NCBI GenBank assembly: GCA_045535095.1
Contig: JAZSKY010000002.1
Coordinates: forward strand, 1-63,061
DNA length: 63,061 nucleotides
From: Eubacteriales bacterium
Lineage (GTDB): Bacteria; Bacillota; Clostridia; Oscillospirales; CAG-272
Reading direction: 5' to 3'
A program made the translations under genes and the position numbers. The notes beneath the pieces are model-generated. The model saw nothing but the letters and a program-made list of their open reading frames with translations. It did no database searches and was not told the origin of the DNA. Of the stretch, positions 46,657 through 56,648 are shown piece after piece. Numbering within the stretch: position 1 is the stretch's first letter; every line of letters begins with the position of its first letter.

Positions 46657-47631
46657 ATGATTCAAATTGAAAACCTTGTGAAAAAATACGGAGATAAAAC
46701 TGCCGTTGGAGGAATCAGCTTCTCGGTAGAGGAAGGTGAAATAGTAGGATTTCTCGGTCCTAACGGAGCGGGAAAGACGACAACTATGAGCATAATAACC
46801 GGTTGTCTTTCGGCAACGTCGGGAAGAGCGCTCATTAACGGAGTTGACATTCTTGAAAATCCGATAGAGGCAAAGCGCAATATCGGTTATCTTCCCGAGC
46901 AGCCGCCCCTTTACCTTGAAATGACGGTAAAGGAATATCTCAACTTCATTTACGATATGCGCTCCTGCAAGCTTGACAGAGAGAAGCATCTCAAGGATAT
47001 ATGCGACACAGTCAAGATAAGCGACGTTTTAAACAGAGTTATCCGCAATCTTTCCAAGGGATACAGACAGAGAGTCGGCATAGCGCAGGCGCTCGTTGGC
47101 AACCCGAAGGTCATCATCTTCGACGAGCCGACAGTAGGTCTTGACCCGAAGCAGATAATCGAGATAAGAAATCTTATCAAGGCGCTTGGAAAAAATCATA
47201 CCGTTATTCTTTCGACACACATTCTGCCCGAGGTTCAGGCTGTGTGCGACCGTATCGTAATAATAAATAAAGGAAAGATAGTTGCCAACGAAAAGACCGA
47301 AAACATTTCGAAGATAATAGACGGCAACCGCAGACTCAGTGTTAAGGTGTGCGGACCTCAAAAAGAGGTTATCTCGCTGATAAAGTCTATCCCTGGTGTT
47401 TCGTACGTTGACGTACTCGGTAATCACGAGCTTGACAGCACCGCTTATCTCGTTGAAAGCGAGCCCGGTATCGACGTCAGAAAATCTCTTTTCAATGCTC
47501 TTGCATCCAAAAACTACGCAATGATAGGCATTGAGGCAATGGGAATCAATCTTGAGGACATCTTTATCGCGGTAGTTGATACGCCTGAGGAAAATAAAAA
47601 GTCCAGAAAGAGATCGAAAAAGTCTAAATAA
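46657..47631 (+). CDS. ABC transporter ATP-binding protein (GldA-like)
   Basis: GPNGAGKTT, LSKGYRQRVGIAQA, DEPTVGLDPKQI, STHILPEV. Confidence 0.93.
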   Translation: MIQIENLVKKYGDKTAVGGISFSVEEGEIVGFLGPNGAGKTTTMSIITGCLSATSGRALINGVDILENPIEAKRNIGYLPEQPPLYLEMTVKEYLNFIYDMRSCKLDREKHLKDICDTVKISDVLNRVIRNLSKGYRQRVGIAQALVGNPKVIIFDEPTVGLDPKQIIEIRNLIKALGKNHTVILSTHILPEVQAVCDRIVIINKGKIVANEKTENISKIIDGNRRLSVKVCGPQKEVISLIKSIPGVSYVDVLGNHELDSTAYLVESEPGIDVRKSLFNALASKNYAMIGIEAMGINLEDIFIAVVDTPEENKKSRKRSKKSK

Positions 47632-47676
47632 TCACCCAAAGTAATTAAAAGTCACAAACGAAAGGGATCTTCAAAA

Positions 47677-48384
47677 ATGTTTGCAATATATAAAAGGGAA
47701 CTGCGTTCCTACTTCGTTTCTCCGATAGGATACATCTTCGTTGCCGCGTTTCTTTGCGTCAGCGGAATACTCTTCTCGGTAACCACAATTCAGGCAGGAC
47801 AGGCAAGTAACGTCGGAAGCTATTTCTCGCTTCTTCTTATGGTGTTCATTATCGTTCTTCCTCTTCTCACGATGAAGCTTTTCTCGGACGAGAGACGACT
47901 CCGCACAGAATCACTCCTTCTCTCCGCACCGATAAGTCTTATGAGTATGGTACTTGCGAAATTCTTCGCGGCTTATACCGTATTTGCAGGAACCTTCCTT
48001 TTCTCCTGTCTTGACTTTATCGCCCTCTATTCTCACGGAGAGCCTAATACCGCGATTATACTCGGTAACGTTATCGCAATTTTGCTCGTCGGAGCGGCTT
48101 GCATCGCTATCGGAGTGTTCGTTTCCTCGCTTACCGAAAACCAGCTTATCGCGGCACTCGGAACTATGCTCATTATCGCATTCTTTGTGTTCACTACCGT
48201 ACTTAACTCGTATATCGACAGCTACGTTGTAAGAGCGGTACTCAACTGGGTTTCTATATTCGGCAGATATGCTAACTTCACCTACGGATATTTCGATTTC
48301 AGCGCGATACTTTACTATATATCGCTCTCCTTCGTATTCCTTTTTGTGACCGTTCGTATATACGAAAAGCGCCGTTGGAGCTGA
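47677..48384 (+). CDS. ABC-2 type permease (GldF-like)
   Basis: AIYKRELRSYFVSPIGY, LTMKLFSDERRLRTESLLLSAP, SSLTENQLIAA. Confidence 0.9.
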   Translation: MFAIYKRELRSYFVSPIGYIFVAAFLCVSGILFSVTTIQAGQASNVGSYFSLLLMVFIIVLPLLTMKLFSDERRLRTESLLLSAPISLMSMVLAKFFAAYTVFAGTFLFSCLDFIALYSHGEPNTAIILGNVIAILLVGAACIAIGVFVSSLTENQLIAALGTMLIIAFFVFTTVLNSYIDSYVVRAVLNWVSIFGRYANFTYGYFDFSAILYYISLSFVFLFVTVRIYEKRRWS

Positions 48385-48412
48385 TCTGATTTGCACGATT
48401 ATAACAAGCGAA

Positions 48413-50113
48413 ATGGAGACAAAAATGAGATACGATAAATTTGGTAAAAGATCGCTGTTTGCACTCGTTACCTGCGCCGTTCTTGCGGCAGTTATCGCTC
48501 TGAACGTTCTCGTTGGATTTATAGCGTCGAGAAACATACTTTATCTTGACCTTACGAAAACCAGCTATACGGACGTTTCCGAGACCTCGGAAAAATACCT
48601 TTCCGAGCTTCAGGGTCAGGGCAATGATATAACGATATATTTCCTTGCTGCAAAGGACGAGCTTCAGAATGCGGGATTTGGATACAGCGTTGATTATTCG
48701 GGAGATATGGGCGATCTTTGGGGTATGAAGCATATTTACGAGCTTGCCAAGGTATATTCCGAAAAATACGACTTTATAAAGGTCGAGCATCTTGATATAG
48801 CAGACGATGCAGAGGTGCTTGAAAAGTACAAGACGAGTATTTCTATGACCTTTAACAAGCAGAGAATAATAGTCGATAACGCAACTCCCGAAAAGGACGA
48901 AAACGGAAACGTTGTCCTTGACGAAAACGGAAACGCGATAATTCAGCACGATTTCCGTATGTCGAGCAGAGACTATTTCTATTATTTCGATTCCTCTACC
49001 TACTACGCGTTCGGATTTAACGGAGAGCTTCGCTTTACCTCTATGATTATGAGCGTTGCGGGAGAGTCGCCCGTTGCATATTTCTCTTACGGACACGGGG
49101 AGAATATCGGGGACTATACTATCGGTGAAAACACCGCTCTATCAAGTGAGGATTACGGAAAGGCGCAGACACTCAGAGACTTTATTCATAACTCGGGCTT
49201 TACCGTAAAGAAGATTGATATTTCAAAGCAGTACGATCAGCTTCTTTCCGACGATAACGCGCGACTCCTTATAATCTTCGATCCCACGAAGGATTTTGGC
49301 GGAGTTGAAGCGGAAAAGGACGGAGACAGCGCAAGCGTAAACGAGATCTCGATCCTCAGAAAGTTCCTTAATAAGGAAAACACTCACCTTATGGTATTTT
49401 CCGATCCTAAGGACTGTGAGCTTGCAAATCTTTCCGAGTATCTTTACGATTACTGGGGACTTTCCTTCGACAATTCGAGCGTAAAGGATAATTCCACTGC
49501 GAGCATCTCGCCCGACGGAAGCATCTTCACTGCCGATTATGAAACGAGTAAGCTCAGCCCCGGTGTCAGCCTTACGGCAGGTCTTACCTCTATGGACTCG
49601 CTTCCGAGAATCTATTTCGGAAACGCAGGTACTATCTCTATAAACGAGAATTTCTCTAACGACGTCGGATTTACAGAATCCTTCTCGATAAAGTATTCGG
49701 GCAGCATATTCCTTACCCCCGAAACCTCTGACGTTACCTATCCCGACGGAAGCGTTCAGAAGGGAGAGGACAGCGCTCCGAAGAGTCTTATGGCAATAAC
49801 CTACGAAAAGTGGTATAACGAATTAAATAACGAAGTACCCACTTACGTTCTCGCGTGTGCATCTACCGATTACGTCAGCGAGACGGCCATGTCGAGTCAG
49901 TACGGAAACAGCGACGTTATGGGATACCTTCTGAGATCGCTCGGCAGGGATTCCTTTACCTTTGACGTTGAGATGAAGGAAATAGAGACAGAGGAGATCG
50001 AAACTCCCTCCGACGCTCTTATGACCCTCTGGAATGTCTTTATCTACGTCATTCCGCCTGTAATCGCGCTTTCTCTCGGCACCGTCGTATTTATAAAGCG
50101 CAGACACGCGTGA
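48413..50113 (+). CDS. GldG-like ABC auxiliary component, paralogue 1
   Basis: N- and C-terminal TMs, YLDLTK, WGMKHIYELA, YFSYGHGE, ends FIKRRHA. Confidence 0.75.
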   Translation: METKMRYDKFGKRSLFALVTCAVLAAVIALNVLVGFIASRNILYLDLTKTSYTDVSETSEKYLSELQGQGNDITIYFLAAKDELQNAGFGYSVDYSGDMGDLWGMKHIYELAKVYSEKYDFIKVEHLDIADDAEVLEKYKTSISMTFNKQRIIVDNATPEKDENGNVVLDENGNAIIQHDFRMSSRDYFYYFDSSTYYAFGFNGELRFTSMIMSVAGESPVAYFSYGHGENIGDYTIGENTALSSEDYGKAQTLRDFIHNSGFTVKKIDISKQYDQLLSDDNARLLIIFDPTKDFGGVEAEKDGDSASVNEISILRKFLNKENTHLMVFSDPKDCELANLSEYLYDYWGLSFDNSSVKDNSTASISPDGSIFTADYETSKLSPGVSLTAGLTSMDSLPRIYFGNAGTISINENFSNDVGFTESFSIKYSGSIFLTPETSDVTYPDGSVQKGEDSAPKSLMAITYEKWYNELNNEVPTYVLACASTDYVSETAMSSQYGNSDVMGYLLRSLGRDSFTFDVEMKEIETEEIETPSDALMTLWNVFIYVIPPVIALSLGTVVFIKRRHA

Positions 50114-50137
50114 GTTTTCCCGAAAGGAATTAGTAAT

Positions 50138-51700
50138 ATGAATTCAGTAAAAAAGAAAAGGATAAAATACGGCTCGCTGGCGATAGGTCTGACCGTTATA
50201 ATGGTAGCCTCCATTATAGTTGTCAATGCGGTGTTTTCTGCGCTGTCAAATCACTTTTTCTGGTATTTTGATATGACGCCGAGCGGAATATACTCTCTTT
50301 CCGAAAGCTCGGTAAGCTATCTTGACAAGATCGACGCCGAAAAGAATAAGGTGACCGTATATTTCTTCACAGATAAGGATAATATGACTCAGTCGGTAAG
50401 CTCCTCAAACAACGTCAGCGATACGTCTATGTGGGGTATGAAGCCGATACACGAGCTTGCGCTTCAGATATCCGACCGATATGAGTTTATAAATATCGAC
50501 TATATAGATCCCTCGAGCGAGCCTGACAGACTCAAATCGCTCGTTGGAGAGGACTATTACGCAATTACCAGCTTTACAAACAGAAACGTTCTCATAGTAA
50601 ACGAGACCTACGAGCGCGATGCGGACGGAAATCTCGCTTACGGCACTGACGGTGCGCCGATAAGATATACCGATTTCAAGCTTTGCTCGAGAAACTCGTT
50701 CTATCTTTTCGACCACTATACGGGATACGTCAACGCATTCCGCGGAGACTACTATTTTACCTCGATGATAACCGCTCTCTCGAAGGTTGAGAAGCCTACT
50801 GTATATTTCCTCACAGGACACGGTGAGCAGGTAGGAGACGCGAGCGGAGAGGCTGCAACCTCCTTCGGTAACGCGACCGCGCTTTACTATATGTTTGAGG
50901 AAGCAGGCTGTAATATTCGCAAAATAGACCTTAGACACGGCGATTTTGAAAGAGATTCGACAAACGATATTCTCGTAATATACGCGCCGCAAAGAGACAT
51001 CACCTCGCCCAGTACAACTATGGGTGTCAGCGAAAGCGAAAAGATAAAGACCTTCCTTGCAGGCGAGGGCAACTCGATGATGGTATTCTTTGATTCCAAA
51101 TCGGTATCCCTTACAAACCTCTCCGCACTCGTCGGCGAGACTGCGGGAGTTACCGTTTCGCAGACTAAGGCGCACGACGTAGGCGAGTCGAGTGTTTCGG
51201 TTGACGGATACTCGATAGTCGGTCAGTACGTTTCGGGCAGTTCGACAGTTGACAGAATACTCGATGGTGGCAAGGGAAGCAAGGTAGTGTTCAGAAACGC
51301 ATATCCTCTCGTTATTTCCGAGGGGGACGCTCGCTCGAAGGCTATAATAGCTCTTCCCGAGACGTCGGGCGCATCGCAGTACAACGGAAGTGCCGCTCTT
51401 ATGACGCTTGCAGAGAGCGAGGGTAAGGGTAAGATACTTCTGTCCGCGTCTGCCGAGTTTGCCGATAACGATACGCTTGAGAGCGACGTTTACGGAAACA
51501 AAAACCTGCTTATCTCGTCGGTGTACGATATGAACGTCGGTGAGGTTATGCTTAATATGGATATAAAGCTGATAAGAAGCGAAGGTCTTGACAGAACCGA
51601 AAAAGAGGCAAGACTCTGGACCCTCCTTCTTTCGGCTCTGATCCCTGCGGCAGTAGCAACGATCGGAACGGTAGTTTATATAAGGAGAAGACATTCCTGA
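50138..51700 (+). CDS. GldG-like ABC auxiliary component, paralogue 2
   Basis: YFDMTPSGIYSLS, WGMKPIHELA, YFLTGHGE, PQRDIT, ends YIRRRHS. Confidence 0.8.
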   Translation: MNSVKKKRIKYGSLAIGLTVIMVASIIVVNAVFSALSNHFFWYFDMTPSGIYSLSESSVSYLDKIDAEKNKVTVYFFTDKDNMTQSVSSSNNVSDTSMWGMKPIHELALQISDRYEFINIDYIDPSSEPDRLKSLVGEDYYAITSFTNRNVLIVNETYERDADGNLAYGTDGAPIRYTDFKLCSRNSFYLFDHYTGYVNAFRGDYYFTSMITALSKVEKPTVYFLTGHGEQVGDASGEAATSFGNATALYYMFEEAGCNIRKIDLRHGDFERDSTNDILVIYAPQRDITSPSTTMGVSESEKIKTFLAGEGNSMMVFFDSKSVSLTNLSALVGETAGVTVSQTKAHDVGESSVSVDGYSIVGQYVSGSSTVDRILDGGKGSKVVFRNAYPLVISEGDARSKAIIALPETSGASQYNGSAALMTLAESEGKGKILLSASAEFADNDTLESDVYGNKNLLISSVYDMNVGEVMLNMDIKLIRSEGLDRTEKEARLWTLLLSALIPAAVATIGTVVYIRRRHS

Positions 51701-53568
51701 TGGATAATAATATGAAGAAAACGAAGGGAAGTATTTTTTCCAGACAGAAAAATACTATAATAGCTCTCGCTTTGGTATTTGCCGTACTGCTCGGAGCGTA
51801 TCTCTTCATAATCAGACCGCTGATGAAGGACGATTCGTCGTCCACCTCTGCGCCCGTATCGCTTATATGGCAGAGAGAGGTTCAGTCAAGTGCGGGAATT
51901 ATGATGTTTGAGCACGTACCCAGAGACTCTGTGTCGAAAATCGCAGTACACAATCCTGCGCTCTCGACGACAGGCTCGGAAAGCTACGTTGACTGGGCAA
52001 TATACAGAGCAGCCGAGTCAACGAAAATAGGCGGATACGAGATCGAAAAGGGTGCGCTTTACCTTGAGGGATACGAATACGCTCCTCTTGAGGATAACGA
52101 TACCGATTCGGTGATCGCGTCTATAATCAACGATGCAGGCTTCACTCTTGCCGTTTCGCGAGTAGTGGACCACGCAGGCGATCTTTCAAAGTACGGACTT
52201 GATTTTGAGAGTGACGATGATGCCACATACTGCGAGATAACCACACTTGACGGCAAGACCTATAAATTCTATATCGGAGACAAGATCCCCTCGGGAAATG
52301 CGTACTACGTGCGCCTTGCAGGCAAGGATATATGTCTCGATAAAAACAGCGAGCATTACGGCAAGGAAATAGAGAACGATTCGGTCTATATCTACGACTG
52401 CGCAGGCGTTCTTATATCTCCTACCGATGCGGTTTCGCCCATTCTCACCTATCCTCTCAACTCGTCGCTTATCGCTTATTTCGATAAATTCTCTATCACA
52501 GAATACAGTGAAAACGATGATGAAAAGGGAAACGTTAAGGTTGATTTCCGCTCGGCTATGACCAAGGACTATCTCACAAAGCCGATCTCGTCATTCGCGC
52601 AGGAGGCGATATACTACGCAAAGATTCCTGCAGGATACCATTCGTCCTCGGCGTTTGAGGGACTTTTTGAAAGCTTTGTTGACGGTCTGCGCGGAAGTCG
52701 TGTTGTAGAGCTTGCAACTCTTAACGAGAAGATAAACGAGGAGGACGGCTCTACCTATTACAGATTCGGCTTTACTGATGACGTGCTGAATAAATATTTC
52801 AGCGGAAACACCGCTTATATGCTCAACTTTATGTGGAACGGCATAAATAACGACGTGATCGTCAGCCGTCCCAACGAAGACGGACTTTGTTACGTTTATT
52901 CGCTCGTTTATAACACTATAAGCGAGGTTTCGATGGACACGCTTTCCTTCCTTGAGTGGAAGCAGTCTGTATATATCGACAAGGATTTCTTTAAGGTAAA
53001 TATCATAAACTGCTCTAAATTCGAGGTTTCGGGAAGCTATACCGAGCTTTCGGGCGGAGAATATATAAATAAAAACGTTGACGCGTCCTTTGATGTGAAG
53101 CTTAACGCAAACAAGGATAATATCGTTGTATCCTCTGAGAATTTTAAGGAAAACGGAACGATGAGCGAATCCCAGCGCACCGAAAATTTCCGTACCCTTT
53201 ATCAGATCCTTCTTTTCGCGGGACTTAGTGAAAAGGTAGATAGCGCAACCGTTCAGGAGGCTATGAAGACTCCTGCCTACGCCACTATAAAGATCACAAC
53301 GAGAGATCACACCAAAACGGTGACCGATCCGGACAGTGAGGATGGCGAGCAGATAGAGGTCACGGTTCTCGGTATGACGAGAATATACCGTTTCTACACG
53401 CTTACGTCGGGCAGAACGCTTATGACCTCGCAGAACGTATATCAGGACGGTACTACCGACGAAGAGGTCGGCGAGTATTATATGAAGTCCTCGATAGTCG
53501 AGATGCTTCTCGTTTCGGCTGATAAGATCGTAAACGACGTTGCTATAAGCAAGTACGACAGATATTAA
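51700..53568 (+). CDS. DUF4340-like extracytoplasmic protein with an N-terminal TM
   Basis: DLSKYGLD, YKFYIGDKIPSGNAYYVRL; position after GldG-type genes. Confidence 0.7.
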   Translation: MDNNMKKTKGSIFSRQKNTIIALALVFAVLLGAYLFIIRPLMKDDSSSTSAPVSLIWQREVQSSAGIMMFEHVPRDSVSKIAVHNPALSTTGSESYVDWAIYRAAESTKIGGYEIEKGALYLEGYEYAPLEDNDTDSVIASIINDAGFTLAVSRVVDHAGDLSKYGLDFESDDDATYCEITTLDGKTYKFYIGDKIPSGNAYYVRLAGKDICLDKNSEHYGKEIENDSVYIYDCAGVLISPTDAVSPILTYPLNSSLIAYFDKFSITEYSENDDEKGNVKVDFRSAMTKDYLTKPISSFAQEAIYYAKIPAGYHSSSAFEGLFESFVDGLRGSRVVELATLNEKINEEDGSTYYRFGFTDDVLNKYFSGNTAYMLNFMWNGINNDVIVSRPNEDGLCYVYSLVYNTISEVSMDTLSFLEWKQSVYIDKDFFKVNIINCSKFEVSGSYTELSGGEYINKNVDASFDVKLNANKDNIVVSSENFKENGTMSESQRTENFRTLYQILLFAGLSEKVDSATVQEAMKTPAYATIKITTRDHTKTVTDPDSEDGEQIEVTVLGMTRIYRFYTLTSGRTLMTSQNVYQDGTTDEEVGEYYMKSSIVEMLLVSADKIVNDVAISKYDRY

Positions 53569-53580
53569 AGGAGAAAAGCG

Positions 53581-54564
53581 ATGAAAACTAACAGATTTTT
53601 CTCTTTGATTCTGTGCGTGGCGATTCTTGTATCCTCCCTTTTTTGCTTTAGCTCGTGCGCTAAAACCGCGCTCGCGCTTTCAAGCGAGGACGGAAGCTTC
53701 AAGGTTTCGTACGGTATGCTCAGATATTTCACAATGAACTATATAAACGGATATAAGGACGTTTCTGCCGAGGACTTCGCATCAAGCGAGGAGCTTCAGA
53801 AAACGCTCACCGATAACGTTTATGCCTCGATAAGCGATCTTGCAACCTACAAGATTCTTGCCGATAAGTACGGCATATCGCTTACCCGCGAGGAAAAGAA
53901 AGAGGTCAAGAACACCTTAAAGGAGTATAAGGATTCTTACGAAAGCAAGGAAGCGTACAAAAAGGATCTTGAAGCGAATTTCATTACCGAAAAGCTTCTT
54001 GAGGAAATATATATGCTTCAGGCACTCTTTGACAAGCTTTACGATCACATGACAGACGAATATACCGGTATATTCAGATACGATAACGACGTTATTGATG
54101 CAGACATCGAGGCAGGAAACTTTTTCTCTGCCGAGTATATAGTTATATACTACACCGCGGACAACAAGGAGGAAAGACTCTCCGAGCTTCGCGAAATGCT
54201 CAAAGATGCTAAAGACGGCAAATCTATGAGCGATATGCGTGACGATAAATATTCCGAGTACGGAGAGCAGATAGTTTATAATAAGGAAGATATATTCACC
54301 TATACCGAGATGAACGAAGCCTATGAAAATGCGGTAGTTTCTCTTGAGGTCGGTGCATACAGCGACGTTATAAATATGGAAAACGCCGCGATGATAGTAC
54401 ACAGACTTCCGCTCAGCGCAGAATATATTGATAAAAACTACAACGACGTTATTGCAAAGTATCTCTCACGCGAGTTTTTCGAGTACATCGAGCAGTATTC
54501 GTCCTCTCTCACAAGCGAGTTTAAGAAAAAGTACAGCGATCTAAAGCTTTGGGAGATGGAGTAA
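53581..54564 (+). CDS. PrsA/SurA-like lipoprotein with a degenerate parvulin domain
   Basis: Lipobox FSSC; helical N domain; MNEAYENAVVSLEVGAYSDVI resembles parvulin M..EFE.A.F.L..GE.S..V. Confidence 0.65.
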   Translation: MKTNRFFSLILCVAILVSSLFCFSSCAKTALALSSEDGSFKVSYGMLRYFTMNYINGYKDVSAEDFASSEELQKTLTDNVYASISDLATYKILADKYGISLTREEKKEVKNTLKEYKDSYESKEAYKKDLEANFITEKLLEEIYMLQALFDKLYDHMTDEYTGIFRYDNDVIDADIEAGNFFSAEYIVIYYTADNKEERLSELREMLKDAKDGKSMSDMRDDKYSEYGEQIVYNKEDIFTYTEMNEAYENAVVSLEVGAYSDVINMENAAMIVHRLPLSAEYIDKNYNDVIAKYLSREFFEYIEQYSSSLTSEFKKKYSDLKLWEME

Positions 54565-54572
54565 AACAATAT

Positions 54573-54599
54573 AAAGAGCACGGTTTTTCCGTGCTCTTT
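54573..54599 (+). terminator. Intrinsic terminator
   Basis: AAAGAGCACGG-TTTTT-CCGTGCTCTTT. Confidence 0.85.
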
Positions 54600-54609
54600 T
54601 ATTTTTTGA

Positions 54610-54638
54610 GAATATTCGGACAAACCCTATAATATACT
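54610..54638 (+). promoter_or_regulatory. Probable sigma-E promoter of spoIIIA
   Basis: GAATATT-14 bp-AATATACT, close to the sigma-E consensus; spoIIIA is sigma-E controlled in B. subtilis. Confidence 0.65.
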
Positions 54639-54674
54639 GTACCGTAAGGCAAGTCCGAAACGAGGTGAGATGGT

Positions 54675-55565
54675 GTGAACAGAGCGCTTGAAAATCTGCT
54701 TGACGCCTTGCCCGGCACAATAAGTGACTGCGTACGCGAAAGCACGCAGTATAAAAGCGGTATTCCGATAAATGAAATACGCCTGAGAGTTAATAAGCAC
54801 GTCTCACTTAACTGCGGAGAGCGGAATGTAATTCTTTCTCACCTTGTTAAAAAAGACGAGCTTGAAAACGCGCTGATGAGCCTTTGCAAGAGGTCGATAT
54901 ATTCTTATATGGATACTATCCGCGAGGGATATATCCCGTTTTCCGACTCGGTGAGAGTGGGTGTTTGCGGAAATGCGGTCTGCGAGGGCGGCAGGATAGT
55001 GAATGTATCGGGCATAACCTCTCTTTGCGCCCGTATTCCGTATTTTGTGAGAGGCGCGGCAAGCTCTGTGTATAAGGCTCTTCGCGAGAGAGGATTTTGC
55101 GAGAGTGTGGTGATATATTCGCCACCTGCCGCAGGTAAAACGACGCTTCTGCGCGACCTTGCGCTATCTCTTGCATCGGGTGACGCGTCAAGACGTCTTG
55201 CAGTTATAGATTCAAGATACGAAATAGCGGGAGACCACCTGCGTAGCGCCGAAAATATCGATATTTACGCGGGATATCCAAAAGCGAAGGGAATAGAGAT
55301 AGCAACGCGTACAATGTCACCGCAGTACGTTATTTGCGACGAGATAGGACTTTCAGAGGCAGAAACGATACTTGCGTGTCAGAGTCTTGGCGTTCCTATG
55401 ATAGTGGGCGCTCACGCGCGCAGTATTGACTCGCTGATTCGCTCAGGGCCGTTTTCAAGGCTTCACAGCGCAGGTCTTTTTGATCTGTACGTTGGAATCA
55501 GAGTCCTTGAAAACTCTGAAAGAGTGCTTGATATAGTTCGCAGAGAGGATATTTGCAAGGGGTAA
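54675..55565 (+). CDS. spoIIIAA: Stage III sporulation ATPase AA
   Basis: EIRLR, YSYMDTIREGYI, RVGVCG, SPPAAGKTTLLRD, DSRYEI, RTMSPQYVICDEIG. Confidence 0.92.
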   Translation: MNRALENLLDALPGTISDCVRESTQYKSGIPINEIRLRVNKHVSLNCGERNVILSHLVKKDELENALMSLCKRSIYSYMDTIREGYIPFSDSVRVGVCGNAVCEGGRIVNVSGITSLCARIPYFVRGAASSVYKALRERGFCESVVIYSPPAAGKTTLLRDLALSLASGDASRRLAVIDSRYEIAGDHLRSAENIDIYAGYPKAKGIEIATRTMSPQYVICDEIGLSEAETILACQSLGVPMIVGAHARSIDSLIRSGPFSRLHSAGLFDLYVGIRVLENSERVLDIVRREDICKG

Positions 55566-55566
55566 A

Positions 55567-56052
55567 ATGACACTTAAATATTTAGGAATGATATTGATAG
55601 TTGCATCTTCAACTCTTATCGGGAGCCGTCTTGCGCTTTCTGAAAAAAGACGAATAGAGCGAAGCGAGGCGCTTTGTGATCTCGTACGCTTCATTTACAG
55701 AGAAATAGAGTGCTTCAGAACGCCTCTTTACGATATTTATATGCGCTTTTCAAGTCCTGTGCTTGAGAAGATCGGATTTACGGCAGATGCTCGCGAGAGG
55801 TCGCTGAAGGACGCTCTTGAAAATATGAAGGACAGCCTGTCGTTTAGAGATCAGACTCGGGCGGATATTATGAATTTTGCCGAAGGACTCGGCAAAAGTG
55901 AATATCAGGATCAGGTGGCAAGGTGCAAATACGTCCTCTCCGTTATGGACGAGGATCTCAAAAAATCAAAGGAAGCGTACCCGAAAAACCGAAAGATGTA
56001 TATATCTCTCGGTCTGCTTTCGGGGCTTATGATAATAATACTTATGATATAA
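55567..56052 (+). CDS. spoIIIAB: Stage III sporulation protein AB
   Basis: LKYLGMILIV, LGKSEYQDQ, YISLGLLSGL; operon order. Confidence 0.88.
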   Translation: MTLKYLGMILIVASSTLIGSRLALSEKRRIERSEALCDLVRFIYREIECFRTPLYDIYMRFSSPVLEKIGFTADARERSLKDALENMKDSLSFRDQTRADIMNFAEGLGKSEYQDQVARCKYVLSVMDEDLKKSKEAYPKNRKMYISLGLLSGLMIIILMI

Positions 56053-56070
56053 CCGAAAAGGAGCTTCAAA

Positions 56071-56265
56071 ATGGACACCGCACTTATCTTAAAGGTTGTT
56101 GGAATAGGACTTCTCGTCAGCGTTTCCTGTCAGATACTTAATAAATCAGGACGGGACGAGCAGGCAATGCTCGTCACTCTGTCAGGCATAATAATCGTGC
56201 TTCTTATGGTGGTCGGTGAAATATCCGATCTTCTGACGAAGATACGCGAGCTTTTCGGGCTATGA
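56071..56265 (+). CDS. spoIIIAC: Stage III sporulation protein AC
   Basis: ILKVVGIGLLVSV..QIL.KSGRDEQA. Confidence 0.93.
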   Translation: MDTALILKVVGIGLLVSVSCQILNKSGRDEQAMLVTLSGIIIVLLMVVGEISDLLTKIRELFGL

Positions 56266-56648
56266 GCGTTTTTTCTGTCTGCGCAGGGACTGTCGGAGCG
56301 GTCGTGCTTCTGCTTATAATACGCGAGATGAGAAGCGGTATGGCGATGCCCGTATCGGTCTGTATTACTACCGCACTCTCGATATGCGCGGTAGCACTTA
56401 TCGAGCCGATAAGCGAGTTTGTCAGCGAGATGGCGGAGAGCGCAAGATACGGAGAATACGCCAAGGTTATGATGAAATCTCTCGGCATTTCGCTCGTCAG
56501 CTCAAGCAGTGCCGATATATGCAGAGACTGTGGCGAGAGCGCGGTAGGAGCAAAGGTAGAGCTTGTAGGGAAGTGCGCGATACTGCTCGTCTCCCTGCCA
56601 CTCGTGAGAGCGGTGCTGACTCTCGCAGAGGAAATAATGTATGCGTAA
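56262..56648 (+). CDS. spoIIIAD: Stage III sporulation protein AD
   Basis: KSLGI..., ADICRDCGESAVGAKVELVGK. Confidence 0.92.
   Translation: MSVFSVCAGTVGAVVLLLIIREMRSGMAMPVSVCITTALSICAVALIEPISEFVSEMAESARYGEYAKVMMKSLGISLVSSSSADICRDCGESAVGAKVELVGKCAILLVSLPLVRAVLTLAEEIMYA

Noticed and set aside
50405-51694. 429-aa minus-strand ORF
   Set aside because: Antisense shadow of the GldG paralogue 2 gene.
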